A stretch of DNA of 64,000 nt, from positions 1 to 64,000 of IMG/VR virus record IMGVR_UViG_3300042868_010462. One strand, 5' to 3'. Every line of letters starts with the position of its first letter. Within the stretch, counting starts at the first letter, position 1. The position numbers and the translations under genes are program-made. The notes beneath the pieces were generated by a model. It made no database searches, was not told where the DNA came from, and saw nothing but the letters and a program-made list of their open reading frames with translations. This document shows positions 10,476 to 20,723 of the stretch, in pieces. This DNA comes from a virus.

Positions 10476-11441
10476 TTAAGGACATAACCACACACTCACA
10501 CTTGCAACAAATGGGAAGAATGTCCTATATACATTGTATGTTATGCTAAACCCATTAGCGTCTACTATAATTATCGTACCTATGTTATTAAATGGTATTA
10601 AACTACCTAAACATCCCGCACTACTATCTCTAAACTCACTTGGTTGTGTTAAACCAGTTGGTATTAAAATATATCCATAATCACCACTTGAACCACTTGG
10701 CAGTACAACAGCACTATTAACAGGATTACTTGTATAACCACTAGTTAATCCACTCGTTTCACCTGAAGTAATTGACGAACCACTGAACTTACCATAATAT
10801 ATTTTTGGTGATTCAGGTCCTAAAGGACTCACTGAAGGTGTTGGTGTCACAGTTGATGTTGGTGTAATCGTAGGTGTCACCGTTGGTGTTGTAGTAGGTG
10901 TAGTCGTTGGTGTCACCGTATTCGTTGGTGTATTAGTCGGTGTTATAGTAGGTGTAACTGTTGGTGTTGCCGTTGTTGGTGGTGTTTTAGTAGGTGTAGG
11001 TGTCGCAGTTGGTGTCTTACTTGGAGTTACACAAGGATTTCTACTTGGTGTAACTGTTGGTGTAACAGATATCGTTGGTGTCGGTGTAAGTGTTTGTGTC
11101 GTTGTTGGTGTCGGAGTTGGTACTTTACAAGGGTCATAACTCGGTGTTGGTGTGACAGTAGATGTCGGAGTTGGAGTTTGAGTCCTTGTAGGTGTAATAG
11201 TAGGTGTTGGGGTTGGTGTTGGCCTTGGTACATTCAAAATACTCAAACAATCACCACTCAATGATAAAATACTATAAGTCCCATAAATCTCTTGTGGAGG
11301 TGTCAATGTATTTGATGAAAATGTGTAAGGTAGAGTTTGAACCCCCAAGTTAAACACATTAGTAGTCCCTTGTGGTGTAAACACAATACTTGTTTGTTCC
11401 CCACTATAATTTATACTACTAATTGTTATTGATTGACTCAT
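10476..11441 (-). CDS. virion decoration protein with ~130-aa Pro/Thr mucin-like tract
   Basis: Long TPTPTxTPT run; C-terminal [19 protein letters not shown] domain. Confidence 0.6.
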   Translation of the reverse strand: MSQSITISSINYSGEQTSIVFTPQGTTNVFNLGVQTLPYTFSSNTLTPPQEIYGTYSILSLSGDCLSILNVPRPTPTPTPTITPTRTQTPTPTSTVTPTPSYDPCKVPTPTPTTTQTLTPTPTISVTPTVTPSRNPCVTPSKTPTATPTPTKTPPTTATPTVTPTITPTNTPTNTVTPTTTPTTTPTVTPTITPTSTVTPTPSVSPLGPESPKIYYGKFSGSSITSGETSGLTSGYTSNPVNSAVVLPSGSSGDYGYILIPTGLTQPSEFRDSSAGCLGSLIPFNNIGTIIIVDANGFSITYNVYRTFFPFVASVSVWLCP

Positions 11442-11458
11442 ACTATAATTACATATTT

Positions 11459-13609
11459 TTAATTTATTGTGAATGTGAAATCATCAGGTTCACAAACTAT
11501 TGTTGAACAATCAGGACAATCAGGATTAAACATTTGAAACTGAGTTTTTAACAAATTGAAGTTATGTTTCACTTCTGGTGCTGATAATGGAGTAACATAC
11601 ATTCTCAATTGAGATATTGCCCCCTCAAATGTACCAGCAAAGTTTTGTTCAATTAATATATTTGTATTTAACCCACTCAATGTTGTTCCACTTAAATCAT
11701 TAATTGGAAAACATTCAGGGTCTTGTTGATAAGGACCATCAGGATTACTTAATGATGTAAATGTTAAGTTCTCCCTCAATCCTTGTGTACCACCACCCCA
11801 AGATATATTAAATGGAACACCAACTTGTTTTTCTTTATCAGTGTTCAAAGCTCTAGGTATAATCTCCTCAAAGTCCTCTATTGTATAAAATATCTTACCA
11901 TTAACATAAATCTTCAACCTACCTTTTCTATATTTACCCTCTTGTAACCACTTCTCATTCAAGTTAATCAACTCAACTTGTAAAGCAGTTTCATTTCTTG
12001 TGTATGGTGGAGCAATCAACGATACAGAATTATTTACCAATCCCTCCAAAAATAACTTTTTAGTTATGTCACCCAATCCACCTCTCCAATATAAATCACA
12101 CTCATCCAAGAAATTATATCTTTCCCAAACAACATCAACCTGAAACCAATGTTCCAAATCCAACCAAGCAGGATTTACTTGTAAACAAGTTGGATATATC
12201 GGTGGTGTACATATTTCTGTTATTGTATAACCAGTTGTATATGTAATACCAGTTGTACAAGTACCCGTAGTTTCACATCCACCTGTAAATCTTAAAAATC
12301 TAATCCCAATACCAGGATTCTTAGGGTCACCACATAATTTTATGGCCAAAGCATTCGACATTGTATCCAACAATGGATTCTTCTCGCAAGTGTCCTCAAT
12401 AGATGTAAACCCTGATGTCGTACAATCATTACAAGACGAACAATCATTACAATTTGTACAAGTAGGTGTACAAGTTGTTTGTGGTGGGAAAGGATTACAA
12501 GATGGTGTTGGACTTGGTGTTGGTGTAGGTGTCGGAGTTACTGGTATAGTAACATCACAAGTATGTGTTTGACATTCCCATCCACAAGTTTGACAAGCCA
12601 ACTCATTACATCCACAACCACAACTAATCTTTGTTTCAGGGTGACCACCACACTTATCACATCCGTAATTGACATGAGGGTCGTGTACACCATTTACTGA
12701 ACGAGGGGGATAAACATATATACATCTACTATTTGTAATGTTGTAATTACAACAAGCACAAGTTTGAAGTTTAGTTAAACCTGATGTTACTCTTGTATAA
12801 CCTGAATCACAAATAGGACTTCCATCTGCGTGGTGATAGAATTTGTTTTCGGCTCTTGTTCCTATGTAAAAGAATATATTTTTATTGTTTGGATATATTT
12901 CATTTAGGGTTGTTTCACCAGTTGTACCTGAAAACTCATTTGTTAATCTTGGTTTCAAAAGTAATTCAACAGCCCATCCCTTGTTCATTCGTTCAGGGAA
13001 AATATTGTAGTCGTAACCAAATAACTTATAAAAACCTTGATAAAACCCACCATATAATTCGTGGTATCTTCCGACATATGGACTTTCCTTACTTACAACT
13101 TCATACAAAATATTTTTATCGAAACCTGAAAATCTCAAGTTGGTAGATGTAAATCCTGTAACTTGGTGTAACTTCAATCTTCTATCAAAATACAATCTGT
13201 TGAATTCTAAATTACTTGGCAATAGACCATCTGTGAAAACAATAGTTTGTGCTGACATACCAGTAACCAAACCATTGTCAATTCCTGTCAAACCAATGTC
13301 ACAAGATGAACCTGACAATTGACAACTTAAAACTTCATTTTTTGGGTTATAGTAGTTTTCAGAAATAAAAACATTATTGAAATTATAATTTTTGTACGTC
13401 AAAATTAAATTTTGAGTGGATGCCGTACTATTAATATCAAAATAAAAAGGTAATCTGTTACCATATGTTTGAGCAATCAAATATGGTGAAAAAACAACCT
13501 CTTGGTTAAAATTTACTTCATCAGAAGTAAGAGACATATCTTGTGTCTCCAATGATAGCTTCAAAAACCAATTTGATGGGTTAAACTGATTTATGTTTTG
13601 ATATGACAT
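11459..13609 (-). CDS. large Cys-rich virion protein, possible LamG/ConA-like fold interrupted by Cys-rich inserts
   Basis: 716 aa. [39 protein letters not shown] lectin-like motifs; many CxxC/CxC and a PT tract. Confidence 0.5.
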   Translation of the reverse strand: MSYQNINQFNPSNWFLKLSLETQDMSLTSDEVNFNQEVVFSPYLIAQTYGNRLPFYFDINSTASTQNLILTYKNYNFNNVFISENYYNPKNEVLSCQLSGSSCDIGLTGIDNGLVTGMSAQTIVFTDGLLPSNLEFNRLYFDRRLKLHQVTGFTSTNLRFSGFDKNILYEVVSKESPYVGRYHELYGGFYQGFYKLFGYDYNIFPERMNKGWAVELLLKPRLTNEFSGTTGETTLNEIYPNNKNIFFYIGTRAENKFYHHADGSPICDSGYTRVTSGLTKLQTCACCNYNITNSRCIYVYPPRSVNGVHDPHVNYGCDKCGGHPETKISCGCGCNELACQTCGWECQTHTCDVTIPVTPTPTPTPSPTPSCNPFPPQTTCTPTCTNCNDCSSCNDCTTSGFTSIEDTCEKNPLLDTMSNALAIKLCGDPKNPGIGIRFLRFTGGCETTGTCTTGITYTTGYTITEICTPPIYPTCLQVNPAWLDLEHWFQVDVVWERYNFLDECDLYWRGGLGDITKKLFLEGLVNNSVSLIAPPYTRNETALQVELINLNEKWLQEGKYRKGRLKIYVNGKIFYTIEDFEEIIPRALNTDKEKQVGVPFNISWGGGTQGLRENLTFTSLSNPDGPYQQDPECFPINDLSGTTLSGLNTNILIEQNFAGTFEGAISQLRMYVTPLSAPEVKHNFNLLKTQFQMFNPDCPDCSTIVCEPDDFTFTIN

Positions 13610-13619
13610 TCTTTTTTAG

Positions 13620-13648
13620 AATAAATACTTTGATACGAAGTATTTATT
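13620..13648. promoter_or_regulatory. back-to-back TATTTAT elements (11-bp perfect inverted repeat) between divergent operons
   Basis: AATAAATACTT-TGATACG-AAGTATTTATT between the starts at 13609 (-) and 13663 (+). Confidence 0.65.
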
Positions 13649-13662
13649 AAGAAAAATTACTA

Positions 13663-14463
13663 ATGAACAAATTCAGAAAAGAATATTTCAATGACCATTA
13701 TCACTTCATTATCGAAGGTGATGGGGAAAACTTTTCGTTGACCTATACAACCTACAATTTATTAACTGAAGACAAAAAACCAACTAAGAAAAAATTTAAA
13801 AAAGAAAACTTAAAAAATGTTGTCAGTAAAGTTGAAAAAATAACCAAATCAAGAAAAAAATATTCCAAAAAAGAAATAGATGAGTTGATTGACACTGATG
13901 GTACTTTTTTAAGTTCTAAGATTCCTTTTTTGAATCAGTATCTTACACCTAAAAAAACTATGGACCAAACAGTGGTTGCTGCAAGAATATCAAACGACCC
14001 AGTTACAAGAGGATATCGTGTTTATTATGGTGAAAGTGAAAATAAAGATGGTGAAGTTATTGACGAAGAAAATATGTCCGATGCTTTTGGATATGAAGAA
14101 ACTAAAAATAAGGATTTCAAAGAAACACTTAAAACTTTTAAGAAGATGGGTGTGGAAGACCCTGAAGAAAGAATTCAAAGAACAAAACAACTAGGTAAAA
14201 TTCCAAATGTAAAAAAAAGAAAAGGAAAATTAAAACAAAGATTGACCGAAAAAGAAATTGAAGAAGAAAAGAAAAACAAAATGGTTAAAATGGTCGAAGA
14301 TATTATAACTAATAAGTTGGGGGGTAGTGATGGTGAAGTTATTGAGAAAGTTGATAGTTTATCTAAAATTTTAATTAAGAACTTAGAAAGTATCAAAAAA
14401 TTAGCAAAAAAAGAAGGTATAAGTTTGAATAAACTAATTAATGTTTTGAAAAAAAGTGAATAA
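13663..14463 (+). CDS. hypothetical phage protein, K/E-rich, possible internal head protein
   Basis: 266 aa with LLTE, IDEE and RLTE candidate protease sites. Confidence 0.6.
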   Translation: MNKFRKEYFNDHYHFIIEGDGENFSLTYTTYNLLTEDKKPTKKKFKKENLKNVVSKVEKITKSRKKYSKKEIDELIDTDGTFLSSKIPFLNQYLTPKKTMDQTVVAARISNDPVTRGYRVYYGESENKDGEVIDEENMSDAFGYEETKNKDFKETLKTFKKMGVEDPEERIQRTKQLGKIPNVKKRKGKLKQRLTEKEIEEEKKNKMVKMVEDIITNKLGGSDGEVIEKVDSLSKILIKNLESIKKLAKKEGISLNKLINVLKKSE

Positions 14464-14926
14464 AGATTTATACGGCAAAAAAATAGAATTACCTGAAGAC
14501 GTTATTGTTTATCTTAAACAATGTAATGATAATGCTATTGGTGCCGATGAAAGTACAGAAGGATTTAGAAGAAATAGAGAACTCAGAGATACCGGATTTG
14601 TAACATATCAACAACTCAAAAGAATGAAGAACTTCTTTGATAATTTTAACGGACATCAGAATGATTTACCTTTTATTTTAAATGGTGGTCACTATGTTAA
14701 AGGTTGGGTAAATAATATGTTGAAATCGATGAGAGATGATATTTCATTAGGAAAAGAAATAAAATCAGTTGTTTTACCAAATCAATACATACAACCACAT
14801 CAAAAAAATAATCTCACAACAACTAATAGACCAAGTAAAAGTCATTCAAATACCTTGGAAAAATATAATTTACAAGTAACTGAAGACCTTAAAAGGATAA
14901 ATGATTTAATAAAAAAATTAATTTAA
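14456..14926 (+). CDS. hypothetical phage protein (head-associated-like)
   Basis: TYQQLKRMKNFFD...LNGG..VKGWV resembles a motif I recall from phage head-associated proteins. Confidence 0.55.
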   Translation: MNKDLYGKKIELPEDVIVYLKQCNDNAIGADESTEGFRRNRELRDTGFVTYQQLKRMKNFFDNFNGHQNDLPFILNGGHYVKGWVNNMLKSMRDDISLGKEIKSVVLPNQYIQPHQKNNLTTTNRPSKSHSNTLEKYNLQVTEDLKRINDLIKKLI

Positions 14927-14927
14927 T

Positions 14928-15221
14928 ATGGCTCAAGTAGAACCTTTAAGTTTTGCACAACCTGATAATGAGTTGTCAAGAATCGCTGAAGCTGAAAGAA
15001 AAAAACTTTTTCCCAAAAATGATTATGCAACGAATAATCAATATTCTTCAGTTAATCCAAATGCTTTATCTGATGGTGACGAAAAAGGTAGAGGTACTGG
15101 TAATTTCTTAGATGTTTATAATCAAAACATTGGAACTCGTACTGACATTGTTGAAAGAAAAAATGAAATCAAAGTGAACGAGTATCAAGTAAACAAACCT
15201 TATACAACTCCACCAGCGTAA
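14928..15221 (+). CDS. hypothetical protein
   Basis: 97-aa ORF tightly packed in the operon. Confidence 0.6.
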   Translation: MAQVEPLSFAQPDNELSRIAEAERKKLFPKNDYATNNQYSSVNPNALSDGDEKGRGTGNFLDVYNQNIGTRTDIVERKNEIKVNEYQVNKPYTTPPA

Positions 15222-15604
15222 TGAAACTTTACAACATAACCAAAAATCTTATTTTAGAAGTAGCTTCTATCGAATCCGTAATTAACTCAATTAGAAATAA
15301 AAATAGAGTTATTATTTATTATGATGGAGAAGAACCAGGTGGACGTGGTTTAAGAGAAATCGAACCCGTATGTTTTGGTTATTCAAAAAAAGGTAATCCA
15401 GTTCTTAGAGCTTGGGATTTGGAGGGAGCTTCCCATAGAGGATTCAAAGGAGAAAAACCACTACCAAGTTGGCGACTTTTTAGATTGGATAGGATTATGT
15501 CATTAACACCAACAGGAAATAATTTTGAAACTCCTAGACCCAACTATAATCCAAGTGGAGACAAATCTATGAATAGAGTTATAATAAATGCCAAATTTGA
15601 TTAA
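15221..15604 (+). CDS. stand-alone WYL-domain protein
   Basis: SIRNKNRVIIYY..REIEPVCFG..VLRAWD..WRLFRLDRI is the WYL signature; no HTH domain. Confidence 0.8.
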   Translation: MKLYNITKNLILEVASIESVINSIRNKNRVIIYYDGEEPGGRGLREIEPVCFGYSKKGNPVLRAWDLEGASHRGFKGEKPLPSWRLFRLDRIMSLTPTGNNFETPRPNYNPSGDKSMNRVIINAKFD

Positions 15605-15613
15605 AAATATTAT

Positions 15614-16219
15614 ATGAACGAAAATGATTTAATGAACAAATTAGCTATATCTAAAAAGATTATGGAACGTCATAATCAGACCCCTAGAAATACAAATGGT
15701 GGGGGTAATATGAATTTTGATACTAATGTAAGAGAATTTGACGTACCACAAGCTAAATTCAACATACCTCAGGAATTTATGGGTGTTAATGAATCTAAAC
15801 AACAAATACCACAACACACAAATACAAAGGATAGAATTCTATCATCTAAATTACCTGATGAAATTAAAAGATTAATGATTGAACATCCAATCAATCAACC
15901 AAACAATATGGGTGGTGGGGGTTCAGTTTTAAGTAATGAATTGGTTGAAAAAGCAGCAAGATTAATGAACAATGACATTGCTAATAATGTTAATCCATAC
16001 CAACCAAAAAAAGTTGTACAAGAAACGAAATCACAGAATGTAACATCCAACTTGGATAAAAATGTTCTAAAAGATTTAATTAGAGAAACTATCGAAGAAG
16101 TGTTAGGTGAAAATGGTCTGTTAGTTGAAAGTACAAATAAAACAAATGATATGTTCCAATTTAAAGTTGGAAGTCACATTTTCGAAGGAAAAGTAACACG
16201 TATTAAAAAAGTTAAATAA
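15614..16219 (+). CDS. hypothetical phage protein
   Basis: 201 aa; C-terminal LIRETIEEVL..LLVES..FKVGSHIFEG. Confidence 0.6.
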   Translation: MNENDLMNKLAISKKIMERHNQTPRNTNGGGNMNFDTNVREFDVPQAKFNIPQEFMGVNESKQQIPQHTNTKDRILSSKLPDEIKRLMIEHPINQPNNMGGGGSVLSNELVEKAARLMNNDIANNVNPYQPKKVVQETKSQNVTSNLDKNVLKDLIRETIEEVLGENGLLVESTNKTNDMFQFKVGSHIFEGKVTRIKKVK

Positions 16220-16243
16220 TTTATTTTTTTCATAATTCTTATT

Positions 16244-16289
16244 CCCCACATCCCCTGAAGAAATTCAAGTTGTGGGGTTTCGTTTTTTT
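16244..16289 (+). terminator. probable intrinsic terminator
   Basis: CCCCACA-N20-TGTGGGG followed by TTTCGTTTTTT, just after the 16219 stop. Confidence 0.55.
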
Positions 16290-16351
16290 AGAGGGTAATA
16301 CTTTCCTTTTGACATAACGTTTATATTTATATAATATAAAATATATTGATT

Positions 16352-17110
16352 ATGGACATTGAAACTGAAAAATTTATAATAGAGGAATATAAAAAAGGGT
16401 TGGGTTCTGTAATGATTTCACGTAAAGTGGGGTTATCTAAACCTACGATATTAGCTGTAATAAAAAAACACAAACTAACGAGGTATAAAGATAGATGTAA
16501 ATGTTTAAAAATAAAAGAAGTTGGTGACAAATTTACATTATCATGGACGTGTAAGATGTGTAAAAACGAATTCCAAAAAACCTCGAAAAATAAATCCGTA
16601 TTGTGTCGTAATTATTACAACTCAATAAAAAAAAGTAGTAATTGTAAATCTTGTAGTTTATTATTACAGAGAGGTAAAGGAAATCCTTTTTATGGGAAAA
16701 AACATAGTAAACAAACACTCGATTTAATTTCCAAAAAAATATCTGAAAATCCACCAAAACAAAGTTGTGTGTCTAAATTGGAAAAAAAATTGTTGAGTGA
16801 AATTAAAAATAGGGGAATAGATGCTAAAGGAACTGTGTCTATTGATAGATTTATATGTGATATTTTTATTGAAAAATACAATTTAATTATTGAATTTTAT
16901 GGTGATTATTGGCATTGTAATCCCAAAAAATATAAATCTGATTATTTTCACCCGCACAAAAAAAAGACAGCAAAAGAAATATGGGACGAGGATAAACTAA
17001 GAATTGATTATTTGAAAAAAATGGGTTATAATTTAGAAGTTATCTGGGAACGTGAATTCTCAGATGATAAAAAATTAAACAAAATTATTAAAAAATATGT
17101 CAAAAATTAG
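16352..17110 (+). CDS. free-standing homing endonuclease, Vsr/EDxHD(DUF559)-like, with HTH, Zn-binding and NUMOD3 modules
   Basis: N-terminal HTH, CKMC/CKSC, GKGNPFYGKKHS (NUMOD3) and CDIF..IIEFYGDYWH..EDKLR..GYNLEVIWE. ATG at 16352 preferred over the track start. Confidence 0.8.
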   Translation: MDIETEKFIIEEYKKGLGSVMISRKVGLSKPTILAVIKKHKLTRYKDRCKCLKIKEVGDKFTLSWTCKMCKNEFQKTSKNKSVLCRNYYNSIKKSSNCKSCSLLLQRGKGNPFYGKKHSKQTLDLISKKISENPPKQSCVSKLEKKLLSEIKNRGIDAKGTVSIDRFICDIFIEKYNLIIEFYGDYWHCNPKKYKSDYFHPHKKKTAKEIWDEDKLRIDYLKKMGYNLEVIWEREFSDDKKLNKIIKKYVKN

Positions 17111-18311
17111 AGTTCTAGTAACCCCCTCAGACACGACCGGAGTTGGAAAATTCAGAAGTGTAGACCCCCATGTAATGTTACAAAATATGTATCCAGATGA
17201 CTTCCACGTGGATATTGATTATCAACCTAGAATTAATGATGTAAATTATTGGAAACAATATCAAATTGTTCATATACATAGGAATATTGGTAATAGTTAC
17301 GAACATACACCAAGTATTATTAATTTTTTGAAATCAATAGGTATTGTTGTTATTGTAGATTTGGATGATTATTGGTTACCAGGAAAGGAGCACCCAATTC
17401 ATACATTGATTGTACAAGACAAAATCCATGAGAAAATTATGGCAAATTTAAAAGTTGCAAGTTATGTTACTACAACTACAAATATCTTTGCTGATGAAAT
17501 CAAAAAATTAAATAGAAATGTTGTCATTTTCCCAAATGCAATCGACCCAACTGAAAGTCAATTTAAACAACCTACTGAGAAATCAGATAGAATAAGAATT
17601 GGTTGGTTAGGTGGTTCATCTCACTTACATGACTTGAAATTGTTAGAGGGATTTGTCTCAAAGAATATATCTTTGAAGGATAAGGTACAATATGTGTTGT
17701 GTGGTTTTGATACAAGAGGTACAATTACTGAAATAAACCAACAAACAGGTGAAAAGAAACAAAGACCAATCAACCCTGACGAAACAGTTTGGGCGAGATA
17801 TGAAGAAATTTTCACGAATAAATATGGTACAATTGATGATAACTACAAACAATTTTTACTTCAGTTTAAAGAAGAAGAATACCCAAATATAAGTGATTTA
17901 CCATATAGACGAGTTTGGACTAAACCAATCAATACTTATGCAACTAACTATTCAAAGTTTGATATATCAATGGCACCAATCAAAAACCATATATTCAATA
18001 GAGTAAAATCTCAACTGAAAGTTATTGAGGCTGGTTTTTATAAAAAAGCATTAATTGCATCTGAAGTAGGACCTTATACAATTGACCTCAAACACGCTTT
18101 AAGTTTTGGTAATTTTACTGATGGAAATGCTTTGTTAGTTAAGGAAGAAAGAAATCATAGTGATTGGGCAAAAAATATTAAATTTCTTGTAAATAATCCG
18201 AATTTAATCGTAGATTTGGGTGAGAGATTATATGAGTCAGTCAAAGACAAATATGATTTAAGAAATGTTACAAGAGATAGAGCTCAATGGTACAAATCAC
18301 TAATTAAATAA
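17097..18311 (+). CDS. GT-B (GT4-like) glycosyltransferase
   Basis: DLDDYW, FPNAID, RIGWLGGSSH..DL and DISMAPI..FNRVKSQLKVIEAG..IASEVGPY. Confidence 0.8.
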   Translation: MSKIRVLVTPSDTTGVGKFRSVDPHVMLQNMYPDDFHVDIDYQPRINDVNYWKQYQIVHIHRNIGNSYEHTPSIINFLKSIGIVVIVDLDDYWLPGKEHPIHTLIVQDKIHEKIMANLKVASYVTTTTNIFADEIKKLNRNVVIFPNAIDPTESQFKQPTEKSDRIRIGWLGGSSHLHDLKLLEGFVSKNISLKDKVQYVLCGFDTRGTITEINQQTGEKKQRPINPDETVWARYEEIFTNKYGTIDDNYKQFLLQFKEEEYPNISDLPYRRVWTKPINTYATNYSKFDISMAPIKNHIFNRVKSQLKVIEAGFYKKALIASEVGPYTIDLKHALSFGNFTDGNALLVKEERNHSDWAKNIKFLVNNPNLIVDLGERLYESVKDKYDLRNVTRDRAQWYKSLIK

Positions 18312-18317
18312 AAATAT

Positions 18318-19031
18318 ATGTTAATCAAACAACCAATTACTAAGATTTTATTTATGGACATTGAAACAGTTGGGGGTTGTCCCAACTATGATGTGTGTTC
18401 TAATTTAAACCCATCTGTGGCTGACCAATTTGACAAATATTTTGATTGGTTCTTGAAAAGGTTTCCTGAAGATAACGAAATTAAAGAAGACCAAAAAAAT
18501 ATTGTATTTTCAAGTAGAGCTGGTTTAGTTCCTGAATTTGCAAAAATTATTTGTGTTAGTTTTGCATTTGTTTTAGATGATGGGTCTGTTAGAAAACAAA
18601 CATTTTCAAATGATAATGAACATCAATTGTTGAAAGATGTTCAAGGTTTATTAAACAAATGTGCAAAGTTAGATTTTTGGTTGTGTGGACATAATTTGAA
18701 AAACTTTGATATCCCAATGTTGGCAAAACGTATGATTATTAATGGATTGATGCCTCCGGCACTTCTTCCATCATATGATACAAAACCTTGGGAAATCAAA
18801 GCAATTGATACCAAAGAAATTTGGCAATATGGGGCATATTCTTCAATTGGGTCACTCGATTTATTATGTTCTACTATGGATATACCAACTCCAAAGGATG
18901 GTGAGGTAAAAGGTGATAAAGTTCACTCAGAATATTGGGAAAAACAAAACATCAAGGGTATTAGTGAATATTGTGAAAAAGATGTTGATGTCTTAATTCA
19001 AATAATTAAAAAGTTAAAAGAACTCAGATAA
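18318..19031 (+). CDS. 3'-5' exonuclease (PolB-exonuclease-like, DEDDy)
   Basis: ExoI DIET, ExoII GHNLKNFDIP and ExoIII EYCEKDV. Confidence 0.85.
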   Translation: MLIKQPITKILFMDIETVGGCPNYDVCSNLNPSVADQFDKYFDWFLKRFPEDNEIKEDQKNIVFSSRAGLVPEFAKIICVSFAFVLDDGSVRKQTFSNDNEHQLLKDVQGLLNKCAKLDFWLCGHNLKNFDIPMLAKRMIINGLMPPALLPSYDTKPWEIKAIDTKEIWQYGAYSSIGSLDLLCSTMDIPTPKDGEVKGDKVHSEYWEKQNIKGISEYCEKDVDVLIQIIKKLKELR

Positions 19032-19708
19032 TGCAAGGAAATATGAAAGATTTGTTTAAACAAGTCGATGATTTACAAAATTATTTAAAAGGAAAGGAAG
19101 ATGAAATAGATTACAATATTATCTATGAAACTTATGGAGTTGACATTAAACAACTAGAACAAGAAATGTTGAATTATGTCCCCAAACAAATACTTGGTTA
19201 CACTAAACTTAATCCCGATGCTATTGACCCTAGTTACAATTATATAAGTGACTCAGGCTTTGACTTGTACTCAACAGAAGAAATTGTTGTAAACCCATTA
19301 GGTAGAGCTTTAATACCAACAGGATTGGCCTTTGACATCAAAGATGGTTATGAAATACAAGTAAGGTCAAAAAGTGGTTTAGCAATAAATCAGGGTTTAT
19401 TTGTATTAAATTCACCAGGAACTGTGGATTGTTTTTCTGAAGATATGAAAATTTTAACTATAAATGGTGAAAAACATATTAAGGATTTAAAAATAAATGA
19501 TATAGTATTTTCATTCAATGAAAAAAGTTTAGAAATTGAAAAAGATATTGTTCTTAAAATTTTTGACACTAATGTACAAGATATATTGAAAATTGAGACT
19601 GAAGAAGGTGTACTTGAGGTAACCCCCAATTCAGAAATTTATACAAATAAAGGGATTGTTTTGGCCAAAGATTTACAAGAAAATGATGAGATAATTGTAT
19701 TTTTTTAA
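19031..19708 (+). CDS. dut: dUTPase N-terminal half fused to split intein N-fragment
   Basis: dUTPase motifs DSGFDL, IPTGL, QVRSKSGLA and NSPGTVD, then intein block A CFSEDMKILTING; the ORF ends after the IntN part. Confidence 0.88.
   Translation: MQGNMKDLFKQVDDLQNYLKGKEDEIDYNIIYETYGVDIKQLEQEMLNYVPKQILGYTKLNPDAIDPSYNYISDSGFDLYSTEEIVVNPLGRALIPTGLAFDIKDGYEIQVRSKSGLAINQGLFVLNSPGTVDCFSEDMKILTINGEKHIKDLKINDIVFSFNEKSLEIEKDIVLKIFDTNVQDILKIETEEGVLEVTPNSEIYTNKGIVLAKDLQENDEIIVFF
19430..19705 (+). mobile_element. split intein N-fragment (92 aa)
   Basis: Cys1 at 19430. CFSEDMKILT..KHIKDLKINDIV..LEVTPNSEIYT.KG...AKDLQENDEI are HINT-fold N blocks. Confidence 0.85.
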
Positions 19709-19741
19709 CCAAGATACTATTTATCAATAAAGATAATAAGT

Positions 19742-20635
19742 ATGTCAGTAAAATGTAAAATTTGTGGGATTGAAAAACAATATTCAATTGTTGAACATTT
19801 AAAATTTGAACATAAATTAACCTCAAAAGAATACAAAGAGTTATATCCAGGTAATTTAGTTAAATCAAAAGAATATGCAACAATATTTTCAGAGAAACAA
19901 AAAACTAAATGGAGTGATACTGAATATAAACAAAAAATGACAAAATCTAGACAAGTATCCCATAATAAATCTGAATTCAAAAATAAAATGTCTAATATTA
20001 TAAAAAAGAGACATAAAGAAACACCCGAAATCTATTCAGGTTTTACCAATTGGCATAAAAGTGAAAAATTTAAAGAGTGGGTCAAATCTGAAGATAGAAT
20101 AAAAAAAATATCAAAAACATCAAAAGAAAGATGGGAAAATGAGGAGTATAGACAAAAAACAATCAAATCAATCGTAAAAGTGTTGGGTGATGGTAGATGT
20201 GAAAAAGGAAAAGAGTTTAGGGAAAATATGTCAAAAATTATTTCTGAATTATATAGTACAGGTAAATTAAGTAATACAAGTAACAAATATAAAACAGGAA
20301 AATATGAATCAAAGGAAAATGAAACCTTTTTATATTCATCCTCATATGAATTGGAAACTATGATTTTTTTTGACTCAGTTAATTTTATAAAAAGATGGAC
20401 GAACAAACATGGTATTCGAATAAGATATTTTTATAATGGACTACACAGAAACTATGTTCCTGATTTTTACATTGAATTAGCCAATGGTAAAATCTTTTTA
20501 ATTGAACTAAAGGGGTGGGAAACTGAGGAAGTATTAGTAAAACAACAATTTGCATTAAAAGAATACCCAAACTATAAATTGTTTTACTCAGTTGAAGAAC
20601 TAAAAAATTTTATATATGAAAACAACGAAGATTAA
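19742..20635 (+). CDS. putative homing endonuclease, TnsA-like PD-(D/E)xK, with N-terminal C2H2 zinc finger
   Basis: CKICG..EHLKFEH, a K-rich helical middle, and YSSSYE..RYFY..RNYVPDFYI..LIELKG. Confidence 0.75.
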   Translation: MSVKCKICGIEKQYSIVEHLKFEHKLTSKEYKELYPGNLVKSKEYATIFSEKQKTKWSDTEYKQKMTKSRQVSHNKSEFKNKMSNIIKKRHKETPEIYSGFTNWHKSEKFKEWVKSEDRIKKISKTSKERWENEEYRQKTIKSIVKVLGDGRCEKGKEFRENMSKIISELYSTGKLSNTSNKYKTGKYESKENETFLYSSSYELETMIFFDSVNFIKRWTNKHGIRIRYFYNGLHRNYVPDFYIELANGKIFLIELKGWETEEVLVKQQFALKEYPNYKLFYSVEELKNFIYENNED

Positions 20636-20723
20636 AAAAATAACATCAGAAAAAAAACAAACTTATGATATAACAGTAAGTAATAATCATAACTTCTTTT
20701 GTAATAGTCATTTGATACATAAT
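20616..20723 (+). mobile_element. split intein C-fragment (36 aa)
   Basis: Block F YDITV..HNFF and block G IHN ending at 20723; the +1 residue is Cys (TGC 20724). Confidence 0.87.

Noticed and set aside
16309-16335. sigma70 promoter TTGACA..TATAAT
   Set aside because: The spacer is only 15 nt, the context is very AT-rich, and the site is better explained by the TATTTAT motif.
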